From positions 114,702,001 to 114,766,000 of the forward strand of contig NC_087436.1 in assembly GCF_036321535.1 (NCBI RefSeq): a DNA stretch of 64,000 bases. Reading direction: 5' to 3'. The first letter of the stretch is position 1, and the number at the start of each line of letters is the position of its first letter. Under the pieces are notes generated by a model, which was not told the DNA's origin, ran no database searches, and was given only the letters and a program-made list of their open reading frames with translations. Positions 26,270-40,308 of this stretch are shown piece by piece. Position numbers and translations under genes: made by a program. Source of the stretch: Camelus dromedarius. Its lineage: Eukaryota.

Positions 26270-29200
26270 AGCAAAGAAACATTGTTATAAAATGAGTCTG
26301 GGTTGGACCTTAGTAAAAATTATGGAATAAGAATCTCTGAAGATCCTTTCCTTCATAAAAGCCATGAGAACACTGGCAAGAATTGTCAGAATTAACTCTT
26401 TCAAAACTGTGGAAATTAACTAAAGGCTTGAAGCAACCTGAGGAGCATGTATTCAAGAAACACAACTGAATCCGGGTATGAAAATTTGATATGAACAGTG
26501 AAATTTTAATTTTTCCTCTTTCCATTCCCTCATTTTTAGCTCCATGGGAACCTTGAAACTAACAACCTGTAATATTAGTGAAAACTAGCAGTCTGTCATC
26601 CACTAGAGGGTGCAAAACAGGATTGGAACCATTTCAAAACCCTATTTCCAGAGCATTGACATTATCTAATTAGTCTGGTGGTATCCTGGAAGACTCCATT
26701 CTCAAGGCTGTCCTTAGCTTGCTTAGCATAAAAAGTCTTTACCACAGAGCACTTGTTGAAAACAATAAAGGACAATTGCTTAATATTGTGGCTTCCTAAG
26801 ACAGTAGCTAACAATTTGGGCAAATAATGGGCTAACTGAAAAGCTTAAAGGAAAAGCTTGAGAATAAGATCTTCACACAGAGCTTTCAAGAGCTTTGACA
26901 TATTCCTGAAAATCTAGTAGCTCATATGCAAGAAAGACCTGAGAAGGCTGTAAGCTCTTATCTGTGGCTGGTTTTGAGGTTCTTCTCAGGGGGAAACTGA
27001 AGGCTAAGGTGAAGTTGTTAACTGCCTGAGTGTTGAGGGCATGTTAAGCATGCACACAGGACTTTTTGGCAAAGACTAGGGAACTTATTGGTTCCAGGAA
27101 TTTAAGGAAATCTATGTCTAATTATTAGCTGACCACTAAACTAACAAAGTAGAGACTTCACTATTGACCCATGTCAAAGAACACAGGCTTTACAGAATTA
27201 GTTCAGTAGAGTCACTAAACAAATGATAGCAACAATAAACGGTAACAACAAACCCTGGTTGGCAGATGGGAGAAGAATCTGATTTCCAAAATTGCCACAT
27301 TTTAAAAAATATTCAGCTTTGATAAAAAAAAAAAAAAAAAAAAAAGGGTATGCAGAGAACAAGAAAGTGTGGCCCTTACACAGAAAACATGTAGTCACTA
27401 GAAACTGAGGAAGCCTAGATTTTAAACTTAAAAGACAAAGAACTTAAATCAGCTATTTAAAATATATTCAAGGATTTCAAGGAAAGCATGTCTAAAGAAC
27501 TAAAAGAAAGCATGAGAATCATGTCTTACCAAAATAATATCAACAAAAAAATGAAAAATTAGAAAAAGGAGCCAAGTGGAAATTCTGAAGTTGAAAATTA
27601 CAATACCTGAAATGAACAATTCACTACAGGGTATCAACATCAGATTTGCACAGGGAAAAAGGAAAAATTAGGAAATTTGAAGATAGGTAATTTAAATTAT
27701 TCCATCTGAAGAACATAAAAGAAAAAGAAGAAAAATGAACAGAGCCTGAGAAACCCATGGAACACCCATCAAGTATACCAACATACATATAATAGGAGTC
27801 TCAAAAGGATGTGTAGGGTAGGGGAGTTAGGAGGGGTAGAAATAATATTTGAAGAAATAATGGCTGAAAACTTCCCCAACATAATTTTAAAAACTTTAAT
27901 GTACACATCAAAGAAGCTTAATGAACTCCAAATAAGCTAAACTTGAAGAGATACACACTTTTACACATTATAATCAAAGATAAAGAGAAGATCTTGAGAA
28001 CAGCAGAAGAGAAGTGACCAATCATGTACAAAGGACCCTGAGTAAGATTAACAGCTGATTTCTCATCAGAAACCATGAAGTCCAGAAGGCAGTGGGATGG
28101 CATATTCAAGGTACTGAAAGAAAATAATATCAAACAAGAATACTTTACCCTACACAACTATATTTCCAAAATGAAGGTGAAATTAAGACATTCCAAGATA
28201 AACATAACTGAGGAAATTTTTCAATAACAGATCTGCCTTATAAAAATACTAAAGGGGTCCTTCAGGCTGAAATAAAAGGCATCTGAGAGTAGCTTAAATT
28301 CTGCATATGAAATATAGAGCATCAGTAAAGGTAACTATATGAGTAAATATAAAACACAGTATAAATGTATTTTTTGTTTGTAACTTTTTCTCTTGTCTGA
28401 TTTAAAAGACAATGGCATAAATCAATAATTACATATCTGTATTAATGGGCATACATTGTATGAGGATGCAATTTGCTTGACAATAAAAACACTAAGGAGG
28501 AGTGAGAGAATGGTGTTATAGAAAAGCAAACTTTTGTATACTATTGAAATTAAGTTGGTATTAATCTGAGCTAAATTATTATAAATTAAAAAAATACATT
28601 GTAATTCCCAGGGAAACTACTAAGAAAATGGCTGGAAAAAATAGTGAAAGAAACAAAGGAATTAAAGTATGAGACTAAAAAATATCTATTTAACACAAAA
28701 GAATGCAATGATTTAAGGATAGAGAAATAAAAAGGACATAAGACTTACAGAAAACAAATAACAAAACAGCAGACATAAATCCTACCTTATCAGTAATTAC
28801 ATTGAATGTAAAATGTGTTAAGTATTCTAATTAAAAGACAGAGATGGACAGAATAGATTTAAAAAATTCAATTATATGCTGTCTACAAGAGACACACTTA
28901 AATTTAAAGACAAAAATAGGTTGAAAGTAAAAGGATTGAAAAAGTGATGCCATGAAAACAGTAACAAAAGAGAGCTGAGTGGCTATAATAATATTAGATA
29001 AAGTAGACTTTAAGTGAAAAAAAAGCTATTACAAGAGATAAGGGTATTATATGTAGATAAAAGGGCTGATTTCCCAGGAAGTTATAATAATTATAAATAT
29101 ATAATTTATTAAATCTATATTTATTTATTTATTTTATGTCAGTATAGTTGATGTATAATATTATATTAGTTCCAGGTATACAATACAGTGATTCAGTATT

Positions 29201-29925
29201 TTTATAGATTATACTCCATTTAAAATTATTACAAAATAATGTCTATATTTCCCTGCCTTGTACAATATATCCTTTTTGCTTATAGTTTGTGTCTCTTAAT
29301 CTTACACTTCTATCTTGCCCCTCCCAACTTTCCTGTCTCCACTGGTAACCACTAGTTTGTTTCTCTATATCTTTGAGTCTGTTTCTGCTTTGTTATACAC
29401 ATTCAATTAAAAAAAAATTTTTAGATTCCACATATAAAAGAGTATTTGTCTCTCTCTGACATTTCACTAAGCATAATACTATTTAGGCCTATCCACATTG
29501 TTGCAAATGGCAGAATTTTATCCTTTTTTATGGCTGAGTAATATTCCACCATATATATTTTACATAAACATATACATATACATATATATATATATATATA
29601 TCTCACATCTTTATCCACTCATCTGTTGATGGGCACTTAGATTGCTTTGATATCTTGACTATTGTAAATAATGCTGCTGTGAACACTAGGTATATGGAAA
29701 GTAAACCTAACAATAGAGCTCAAAACACATAAAGTAAAAACAGACGGAACTGAAGAAAGATATAAGCAATTCAACAATAATAGCTGGAGACTTCAATACT
29801 TCACTTTGAATAATGAACAGAACTTTAGAAGGAAGATCAACAAGGAAACTGAAGATTTGAACAACATTATAAATCAAGTAGATCTAACCTACCACTACAG
29901 AACACTCCATCCAACAGCTGCAGAA
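26270..29925 (+). mobile_element. Ancient L1M element: 5' region, decayed ORF1 and ORF2 endonuclease domain
   Basis: ORF1 motif RLTADFSSETM..RRQWDGIFKVLKE at ~28045-28125. ORF2 EN motifs ITLNV (~28795), ICCLQETH (~28875), TIIAGDFNT (~29775). Many stops and frameshifts. Confidence 0.85.
29105..29690 (-). mobile_element. Younger L1 3' end nested in the ORF2 EN region of the old L1M
   Basis: T-rich tail at ~29120, ttagattccacatata and gttgcaaatggcag L1 3' motifs. Host ORF2 resumes at ~29700. Confidence 0.85.
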
Positions 29926-32900
29926 TAAAACAAATCTGAAGTATGGAATCAGGTAGAAAAGGCATAAAGACCTGGCATTGGGAATAATCAGAGAGTGTGA
30001 AACATGAAGCCAAGTACACTTAAACTCAAGGGCATATGAAAGAGGCAAATTGGGTTCATATGTTTGTGTCCCAGACTTTAAAGACACTCAGTTGAATTTT
30101 CAGACATGAATCTCTTTATTCAGGATGTAACTCTCACTCAGTCACTCAAGTCATGATCTCTCCTTCCCCTTCACAGGTAAACCCTGGGGTTTAATACAGT
30201 CTACTGTCACTTCTGGCTTTGCCAAGAAACCAACTTGCCAAAGTGTTGAGACTTTGGAAGACTGAAGACAAAAGACTTAGCAATAGCACAGATGAAAGGA
30301 TGCACGAGGTTGCACATCAGTTCTGAAGAGGATGGTTCTTGAATGGTAGTCAGGGAAGAGTGCTTTCTAAGAAACTGGCTTGTATTTAAAGCATCTTTGC
30401 AACACAAAGGTACAGCACTGTCCATTACTATGGGTCCTGAGCATTTTGGTACAATGATTAAATTCTCTGCTTTGGCTGTAGCACCAGGTGGATCTAATTC
30501 TTCCTGTTAACACATGTATTATATTGCACAGCTTAACCTCTCTAAGTCTTAGCATCTTTATTCATAAGACATAAGACAGTAATCATAACAGTATCCATCT
30601 CATAGGGTTGTGAGAATTAAATGAAATAATAGTAATGCTAAGTCTTTAGCTCAGTGCCTTGTGAGTCTAACACTTGGTAGATTGAATCTCTTTCGAAGGG
30701 ACTGAATCTCATTAGGCTGGGATTTAGAGCACTGTCCAGGGGAAAATCACTCTTTTAATTTAGGTAAATTATTTCCCTGAAAGTTATTGCATCAGATCAA
30801 GCTATATTAAAAAAGAAATCCCAACAGCTCCCCAAGGACTCACTACTCCCTGCCAATGTCATCCTTGGAACAGAGTCATGAAATGGTTAAGCAGGAAAAA
30901 CCCTGGCCTGCTCCTCTTAGGGTGAGTGTTTATTAATATTACACAGGAAATATCAAGTCACCCTGCTTCCAGCCAATGGAGCAAATCCATTTGTATGTTG
31001 GACACCCACCCCCTCCCGTCCCAACTAACGTTTTCATAAAAAGTTGTCAAATGTCAAACTAGTCTTTTATTGCTGTAGCAGAGAAGCTTAGAGCAGAGCA
31101 CAAGCTGAAGCTGAAAATATGACCTGGACTCAGGACAGGATGTGGCAATGATGGGGGAGGAGAACCTTGTGGGGCCCTCAGAGGGTTAACATCGTCTGAA
31201 CGGAGACCAGACTTCAGAGCAGACCAGAGCAGGGAGCCTTTCCTCACTTTTTGTAGCTCAGGACTTTCATCCATCTCTTAGCAAGAACTCGAAGCTGGTT
31301 GTTTTTGTAGGAATACAAGCCTCGATGATCATTCCAGAAAAATGAAGCTAGTTTTTGTTTTAGAGCATGAAGTCAGTGCTTTTGAAATAACACTGTTGTC
31401 ATAAGGTCTTGAGTTAAAGATCTCTATGGATCTCATTCTGTAGACATTCCTGAGTGCTGCAAATAGAATTGTCTATTTCAGTCAAGATTCTGGTGCCCAG
31501 AGGGAGCAAAGCCAGGTGGGTAGCAGCTTTCTGATGCTTTTTAAACCAGTTTACTTCTGCTGAATGAGAGCAGAGCGCTCATTCCCCGGCAGACTGCAAC
31601 CCCCCGCCATCCCACGCCCCCCGCCACCCCCGTTTCCTCCATTGTAAAGTGAGAAACTGGGATCGCTGATTTCTAAGGTACCCCTGGTTCTAGGAGCCCC
31701 CGACATAATCCCCCAATCCCCAACCATGGTGAGTCTGAGTAGCAAGAAATGAAACGTGAAGTGTGTTCCTTGGTCCTGGGGGACGGGAACTCTAACAATT
31801 TCCTGGTGACCTCGTACAGCCCAGCCGTGGAGAGAAAGCGTAAGGAATAAAAGGGGATAGGAATGAGATTTATGTTGATATATTAGGTGAGGGTTACTGG
31901 CCACGGCCGCCCTTTCAGCGGGGTTGGAAGCTGCTGGCAGGTATTTTACCAGCTACGACATGTATATGTGAGAAGGAGCCTCCTATTGGGAACTTTTCCA
32001 AAGTCTAATAAAGCTGTGCTTTGCTCCATCTGACCTTGGCCCAGCGACAGGTAAGCCCCACAACTTCTGCCACCTTATAAACACTGAGATGGGCTGCAAG
32101 AAAGGACTGTAGAGGCTCTATTTAGAGGCTTAGATCAGCAAGTAGGCAGAAAATGTCAAAACCACTCAACTAATTTATCGATGGCTTTGACAGGAGTATA
32201 TAGGAAAAAAATTCTGCCTCGCACTGCACATGTCACTCCAGCCCCTTCACCTGGAGGACCCCAAAGTTAAGAAATGGCCCAATGAACACACAGTGTTATG
32301 GTCAGATGCGGACAGAGGTAGGAAATGAAAAGAAAGTATAGGTGAGCTGGGGCCACTAGCATCCCTGCCTTTATTTCTCTTTCTTTTTCCCTTTTTTTTC
32401 CTCCTTTCCCTCTCTCCCTCTCTGTCTGGCATAATTTGAATGTTTACTATATGCCATGGCACTGTGTTAGGAATTAGAAATGGAGATATAAAAAATGCAA
32501 TCTTGTCACCAATAAAATAATAGTATCAAGATCATAAGTAATGGATGATGAACTCCATTCAGCTCCTAACACCTAGTTCCATAAGGAACTCTTGGCTTAG
32601 TTTGGCAAACCACAAACAATGTGATAGATGGGTAAATATAGGAGTAGAGGAAATCACAATGCACTTTCTTAGGGTAATGGTGAATAGTTAACCAACACGG
32701 CGACAAGCGAATGGGGTGAAAGGTGACTTGGAGATTTCCAGGTGGAGGTGTGGGAGGAAGGCGTTCTGGGTATGAGGGATGGTATAAAAACACAAAAGAG
32801 GATAGCAGTTGTGGGGAATAGAGTGGCATGTAATTTCACTAGATCGTAGGGCTGGGGGGAGGGATGTGGGGACTGATGGAGGATGAAGCTGGTGAGGTCA

Positions 32901-35687
32901 GTTGGTGCCAGATCATGGAAGGTCTTGCTAATGAAATTCTTCAGAATTATTTCTAGCTGGAGGAGGCCGTGAGGAGGATGACTTAAGTGGGGTGGGTGGG
33001 CAAAGGTTCTGATTAGATTTGCATTTTATGAAGCTCGTTTCAATGACAGTAGTAGATGGAAGCTAAAAACTCAGTTAGAAAATTGTTGTGAAAAGGTGTG
33101 AAGAGAGGGGTTGTGAGTGTGAACCAAGACAGGGATAAGGGACAGCACTCCAGGTCCAGAGGGGAAATAGACGTGATGCACCATAAGAGAGTTTGGAATT
33201 AAAATGAAGGCAAGGAGCACAGGCATCCCTAATACTGAGGTGCTTTGCAAGCCCCTCAAAGGAAAAAGCCAAGTAACAACTGCAGATAAGTATTAGACAA
33301 ATCTCAGCGTGGCAAATGCCCTAGAGGGTCTGGACATTTTGAAATTCCTTTGAACAGCAACCAGGTTAGTAACCAGGATCTCTTTTCTGGCATGCATGGA
33401 GTTGCTGTGATAACAAAAGACAGTGCAAAATGAAGTTACTGTTTTCTCCTTGGTCTTGGGGGTGGCTGTTAACTTCAAAGAGGCTGGAGAGAAGGTCTAT
33501 GTGTCTGAGCTGAGCTCCTCAGCCAGCTGTGCTTGTGAGCCTCAGGCCTCAGTTTCCCTGTGGGTGTGAGATGTTCCAGACCAGGCTATGTCACCTGAGT
33601 AGCTGTGTCGCTGGGACTACTCTATAGCAAGAGAGGCTTGTAATAGGTGATCTTTCAGACTTTTCCTGAAATTCTTACTGTTTACCACCCTGGGCTTAGC
33701 TTGGCATGTGTTAGGGGTCCTAATAAAGGTTTATTGAATAAATAAACAAATGAACAGAGTAAGGTGCCTTGGAGTGATTTCATGAAAAGCATAAAGTGCC
33801 CGTATCACAAAGTTCTTGGGGCAGCCTCCCTGGTGCCAGTTCCTTTGAGTTTAGGGTCTGATTTCTGGGTGAAATTCTTCCCTTGGGGTGAGGGAGAGGG
33901 AGGAAGTAGGAGCGTTCGGCTCTGAATCATGGAAAACGACCACACTGAAATCAGATCTTCTCTGCCGGGTGCAGATTTGTTCCCGGGTGTCAGCCTGCAG
34001 CGTTGGGTCATCAACCAGCTGCGACGCTGCACAGGTTGTATTTTTTCCTGCAACATTTGGTAGAACGTTTCAGGCTGGAGGAGGGGGAGGAGGGGGGTGG
34101 ATTATCTGAACCAGATGTTTGGGGGCCATCTCTGTGACACAAGTGAGTAATTAGTTTTAAGTGATTATCCATGTGACCAGTCTGGGTGCACTCAGCTTTT
34201 CTGGGCTGAGGAAGCAGGCTTGGCTGGCTGCACCCTGACTGGAGAAGAAGTGAGAGGTGCTGAGGGCTGTGTGCGTGTGTATACCTGTGCCCAGAGATTA
34301 TTTCCAGAAAAAGCTTTATGAGTCGAATATAAATGGCTATCTGGGATACCTGGGTGATGGGTCTGGGATGGCTTTGACGGGTCCTCCACACAAAATGCTT
34401 CTGTGTGCACAGAACAGAACAGACTTAGAGGAAAATTGCTCTCAGTGTGGAACATGTGATAGACCCGGGAGTGTCCTCTGGGAACCAATTGCCGAGGCTC
34501 CTCTTGGATGCGGGACATGCCACCTGAGAAGGTGTGGTTTGGTGGCAGCTGAAGAGCAGCTGTCCTCCCAGCCTCTGTAGCTCCTATAGCTTTGGTTCTA
34601 TGTCAGCCTCAAGTTGTGCGTAAGATGCTGGCACAGAGGGTCGGGAAACCCTATGTTGACTGATGTGAGCCTCGTGGAGGGAACAGTGGCTCAGAATAGA
34701 AATTATATTAAATTCCAGAAAAGAAAAGCACATTTCTCACCTACGTGCAATTCATGACCCTCATGAGACTTGTACCTGCAACAAAAGTGAGTGCCATGAA
34801 GTGTCAGAATTACTGCCACTGGATGTTCCGGGGAGGGGCGGCAGGGACACAAAAGACAGAGGGACAATGCCTCCTTGAGAGGCAGGAAAGACTTAATAAA
34901 CGAGACAAGATCAAGATACGAAGATCTTGAGTTCAGCATTTAACAAGAGGCCAATAAGAATTTGCCCTCGCACATTTATTTTAAACCACAAAAGGCTACC
35001 GAGGATGACTTTAAACCTGCAAACGCCTTTTTGGTTTCCATGGCAGGAAACCCCCAAGGCATCATTCCACCAGCCTCCATTCCCTCTGGCCTCCCTGGCT
35101 CGCAGTCCAGCACGTTCCCGTTTTCCTTCTGCCCCACGGGAGGAAATGTGAGATATTTCACTTGAGACAGATCGCTCATCAAAGGAGGGCGTTGCTCACT
35201 CCGAGTCGTCCTCACTGGGCCTCTGTGGGTTTGCTTCCATCCGTCCATCTGCACCTGAAATGCAGGAGCCAAGGGGGTGGGTGAAGAGGGAAGATGCTGG
35301 CCCCTTCTTCCTCCATCCCACAGGGGGTGGGACTACTGTTGGTCAACATTGTTGGTTCCTTCACCAAGACCGGAGGCATTCTGAGCCTCCTCTATGTGTA
35401 GAACACTGTGCTTAATTCTTAATATGGGTTAGCTTCTGAAATCTTTACAACGACCTCCTGTGAATGACATGGATACTACTCAAATATAACAGGTGAGGAA
35501 ACCAAGGCACGGGAAGTTTAGTGCTACACTTAAGTAGCACTTATTTCTGCACCCAGACCGGTTCATATATTTACTCTTCATAATAACGCTAGGAAGTTGT
35601 TAGAAAAAATTATCTAATGCTTGGAAATAAAGCAAAAGGGGGATGGCACACTCTCCTGAAGTCCCACTCAACACTGTCTAATGAGCC

Positions 35688-36230
35688 TGCGGTCATAGGC
35701 AGGACAATGGCTCCCCAAAGATGTCCTCATCCTCATCCCTGTATGCAGTGAACTTGTCATGTTACATAGTAAAAGGGACTTCGCAGATGTCACTGGGGTT
35801 ATAGAATTTATGGTGCGGAGATCATATTGGACTCTGTACGTGCTCACAAGCTAATCATTAGAGAACCTTCTCCAGCTGTTTTCAGTCCAAAAATCCAGAG
35901 AAGGGGAGTCAGAGACATTCGAAGGTAAGGGGGATTTGACCTATGTTGCTAGAGGGGCCCACACAGCTTCTAGGAGCAAGACCAGCCCCTGCCTGACAGC
36001 CAGTAGGGAACAGAGACCTCAGTCCCACACGCAGCCAGGTGGAGCTTGGAAGCGGACTCTTCCCACAGCCACCCTATTAGAGCCCGACTGGCTGACACAT
36101 TGACTTTGGCCTTGGGAAACCTGGAAAAGAGAAACCAGTGGAGGTAAGCCAGCGTCCTGACTTACAGAACCATGAGATAATACATGGGCATTGTTTTAAG
36201 GCACTAGATTTGTAGTAGTTTGTTTCAGCT
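35688..36230 (+). mobile_element. MaLR LTR (MLT1D/E-like)
   Basis: aggcaggacaatggctccccaaagatgtcc...aaaagggacttcgcagatgt...ctgacttacagaaccatgagataata. Confidence 0.8.
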
Positions 36231-36241
36231 CCCCAGAGTTC

Positions 36242-36455
36242 TCTAGCAGTGCCACCCCCCAGAGGGTACAGATATGATGGAGATGTCTACTCTGCCCTAT
36301 CCCATTCGGCAGCCACCAGCTACCCCCAGAAACTGAACACTTAAAATGTGACTACTGAGAAAGTGGATTTTTAATTTTATTTACCTTTAATTAACCTGGA
36401 TTTACATATAGCCGTGTGAGGCTAGTGGCTACTGTATTTGGTGGTGCAGCTCTAG
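36242..36455. mobile_element. MER3-like hAT-Charlie MITE
   Basis: gcagccaccagctac...aaatgtgact..tttaattttattt...ggctagtggctactgtatt. Confidence 0.7.
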
Positions 36456-37154
36456 AGGGGAACATTTGTTCCACTGACTATTATTGACTAGGGCCCAGAC
36501 AGACTCTTCAAGCTACCTGTCAACGTAGAGGTTTTGTCTGGTAGAGATGCAAATTCTTTCTGTCTAATGAAAAAGGTAACTTCAAAGGTTACAGATTTAT
36601 TGCCTGTAGGACATTAACCAGTTTGTTTAACATCTAATCTGACAATCTTACTCCAATTCTTTCTCTAGTGCCTACAAAAATCTCAGTTCTTCAAATGTTC
36701 TTTGAACCATTTTTACCAATCTTTCGGCCCCTTGCTTTAAGGAGTTAGAAAAAGCTTTGACAGCTGTACATCTGTGCCATGTTTTTTAACTTTTTGAAAG
36801 TCATGCTATTATTAGATAATGTTATTATCCTCATTTTACAGATGGTGAAACTGAGGCACAGAGAGGTAGATAATTTGTGCAAGGTCACACAACTCATGAG
36901 AGTTACAGCCAGTTTGACTTCAGAGGCCATACTCTTAACAAGTGCAAGCAAACATCTTGGTTTGTTTGAACATTGATTCAAAAAAACACCATCAGAGCCT
37001 CTTGGAACTTGCTTTTGGGGAGCCCTGTAAAAGTGAATATTCATAAGGCAGAGAGATGCCTGGCCATGTGGGTTGGTAGGAGGTGCATAGGGTTTAGCAT
37101 ATACACATCTGAAGATCATGCCAGGGGAGGGCTGAGACCAATTCCTGGTGGCTG

Positions 37155-37857
37155 CTTTTTTTTTTTTTAATTTTTCATTGATGTGTAGTTGATTCACAAT
37201 GTTACTATCAAGTGTAGAGCAAAGTGATTCAATTTTATATATATATATATATATTATATATATAATATATATATATATGCACACAAACATACATACATAC
37301 ACACACACATATATTTTTTCTTTTCAAGTTATTTTCCATTATATGTTACTACAAGAAATTGAATATAGTTCCCTGTGCTCTATAGTAGGTCCTTGTTTTT
37401 CATCTATTTTACATATAGTATAGTGTGTCTGTTAATCCCCAACCCCTAATTTATCCCTCCCTGCCCTTTCCCCTTTGGTAACCACAGTTTGTTTTCTATG
37501 TCCATGAGTCTGTTTTTGATTTGTAAACAGAATTTGTATCTTTTTTTTTTAGGATTCTACATATAAGTGGTATCATATGATATTTGTCTTTGTCTGACTT
37601 ACTTCACTCCATACGATAATCTCTACACCCATCCATGTTGCTGTAAATGACATTATTTCATTCTTTTTTATGGCTGAGTAATATTCCATTGTACAAATAT
37701 ACCACATCTTCTTTATCAAGTCATCTGCTGATGGAAATTTAGGTTGTTTCCATGTCTTGGCTATTGTAAATAGTGCTGTTATGAATATTAAGGTGCATGT
37801 GTCTTTTTGAATTACAGTTTTCTCCAGATATATGCCCAGGAGTGGGATTGCTGGATT
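37155..37857 (-). mobile_element. 5'-truncated L1 3' end
   Basis: Poly-T, (TA)/(CA) tract, gaatatagttccctgtgct, ending at atatgcccaggagtgggattgctggat. Confidence 0.92.
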
Positions 37858-38844
37858 GAAGTTAAGTTGTTTTTGCTTGGTTTTTGTTGAGGAAGCTATA
37901 GAAGAAAGAAGATAGCAGAACTCTCAGCAAGTGACTTAGCTAGTTTCCCATGTCAGATATGCCTGGTAAGGTGTCCAGTAACAGAGTCACATCCAGTAAC
38001 CATTGGAAAAAGACTCCCTCCCTTACCATGATAATGTCATAGTAAACTGTGTTTTATTTCTCTGGGATCTGGAAGACCTACACAGGGATCACTTGATCTG
38101 CTGCTGAAGGCCTGCCTACAGCACGAGGCTCTGCCAGCAGCAAAGGCGAGATGCTTCCCCCTCCCCACTTAGACTGGCACTGGGTTTCCCCAAGGCTTCT
38201 TTGCTGTTGGATCATTGGGTGACATTTAAGATGTCTGATCCTTCTTCTTGGAGTTCCTAAACCATTATTCTCCTTAAAGAGGATCACTATGAAACCAACT
38301 TCACCTTAAAAAGAAAATGGGTTTGTGAAGGCTATGGACTTATATCCATTCTTGTAAAAGTTTAAAAGATTAAAAATCTATTACTATAAACAAATGATAT
38401 CAATGATTATAGCTACTACTTTTGAGCTTATATGTGATAAGCAGTGATTGCCATTCAATATACATCATCTTAGTTAACTCAACCACCCTGAACAGTAACT
38501 CTAGTTCTCTGCATTCTGTAGCTGATGGAACAGACCTGTAGAGGCTGAGATGGTGCATCCCTTGATCTGGATGATCTAAAACCTGTGCCTCTTCTGACTA
38601 TTAGAAAACATACGAAATTAAGCCCAGTGTCTTTTCTCTTTTGTGTTTCTAATACCTAACATAATGTGTGAATTTATTGGTGCTTCATTAATATTTGCTG
38701 AATAAATGCATGCATAATGATTGAAAAAAGTATATAAGGCATTCATTATTTCATTAATCCATAAATTTTTATTGGACAACTGCTGTGTGCTGACTCTATG
38801 CTATGGTATAAGAAAGTAGGGGTATAAAATGAAAAAAGATATCT

Positions 38845-39635
38845 TCATGGGAATGCAAAGCAGTACAGCTGTTTTGGAAGAGAGTTTGGTGGTTTCTTTC
38901 AAAACTAAGCATAATTCTACCATACAATCGAGAAATCATGCTCCTTCGTATTTACCCAAGAGTGCTGAAAACGTTTGTCCACACAAAAACTGGCACACTG
39001 ATGTTTACAGAAGCTTTATTTATAATTGCCAAAACTTGGAAGCAACCTAGATGTTCTTTGGCAGGTGAGTGGATAAACTGTGATACACTCAGACAATGGA
39101 ATACTATTCAGTGTTGCAAAGAAATGAGCTATGAAACCATGAAAATTAGTGGAAGAACCTTTAATGCATATGACTAAGTGAAAGAATTAATCCAAAAAGG
39201 CTACACATACTGTATGATTCTAACTATATGACATTCTGGAAAAGGCAAAAGTATGGTGACAAGTTAAAAAAAAAACAACAGTGATTGTCAGGGGTTAGGG
39301 GAAGGATGGTGAATAGAGAGAACACAGGAGATTTTCAGGGCAGTGAGTGTGACAGTGGTATAATGGTGGATACGTGTCAGTATCCATTTGTCCAAACCCA
39401 TAGAATGTACAGCACCAAGAGTGAACTCTAATATAAAATATGGATTTGGGGTGATTGTGATGTGTCAATGTAGGTTCATCAGTGGTGGCAAAGGTACCAC
39501 TCTGGTGGGGGATGTTGATGATGGGAGAGGCTGTGAATGTGTGGGGGTGGAGAGATTTATGGGAAATCTCTGTACCTTCCTCTCAATTTTCTTGTAAATA
39601 TAAAACTGACTGGAAAAAATAAAGGATTGAAAAAA
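38845..39635 (+). mobile_element. L1MC1-like 3' end
   Basis: ORF2 end (LLRIYPR..MFTEALFIIAKTWKQPRC) and tgtccaaacccatagaatgtacagcaccaagagtgaac 3'UTR. Confidence 0.8.
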
Positions 39636-39932
39636 AATATATTTTCATTGCCCCTGGGGAGCTCATGGTCTGAGAGCTTATCAGTTCTACTTATCAGTGA
39701 TAAGAGAACTTGTCAATGATACTAATTCTGACCTCACTGATTACTGGGATGCTGCAAAAGACACTTTTTTTGTGGGCTGGTACACTGAAGTGATTTTTCT
39801 CCATGAAGTTTTATTTAATAATTTACAAGCTCTTGGTTACATTTATAGTATTTATAGTGTGTGATTTGGAGGGGAGGCAAGCAGTTTTTTTCATGTTTAA
39901 TTATAAAGAGTATTCACATCTAGTGTAGTTTT

Positions 39933-40308
39933 TTGTTTGTTTTTTCATCTTTTTATTATTTTAATTTTTTTATTGAAGTACAGTCGGTTACAATGTGTCA
40001 ATTTCTGGCGTACAGCACAATGTCCCAGTCATGCATATACATACATATATTTGTTTTAATATTCTTTTTCATTAAAAGTTATTACAAAATGTTGAATATA
40101 GTTCAATATATGAACTCATCTACAAAACAGAAACAGACTCACAGACATAACAAACAATCTTATGGTTACTGGGGAAAGGGAGTGGGAAGGGATAAATTTG
40201 GGCATTTGAGATTTGCAAATATTAGCCACTATATATAAAAATAGATTAAAAAAACAAGTTTCTTCTATATAGCCTAGGGAACTATATTCAATATCTTGTA
40301 GTAACCTT
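39933..40308. mobile_element. 5'-inverted (twin-primed) L1 3' fragment
   Basis: Minus-oriented tail part 39933-40104 plus plus-oriented upstream part 40105-40308. TSD TAGTGTAGTTTT at 39921-39932 and 40309-40320. Confidence 0.88.
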
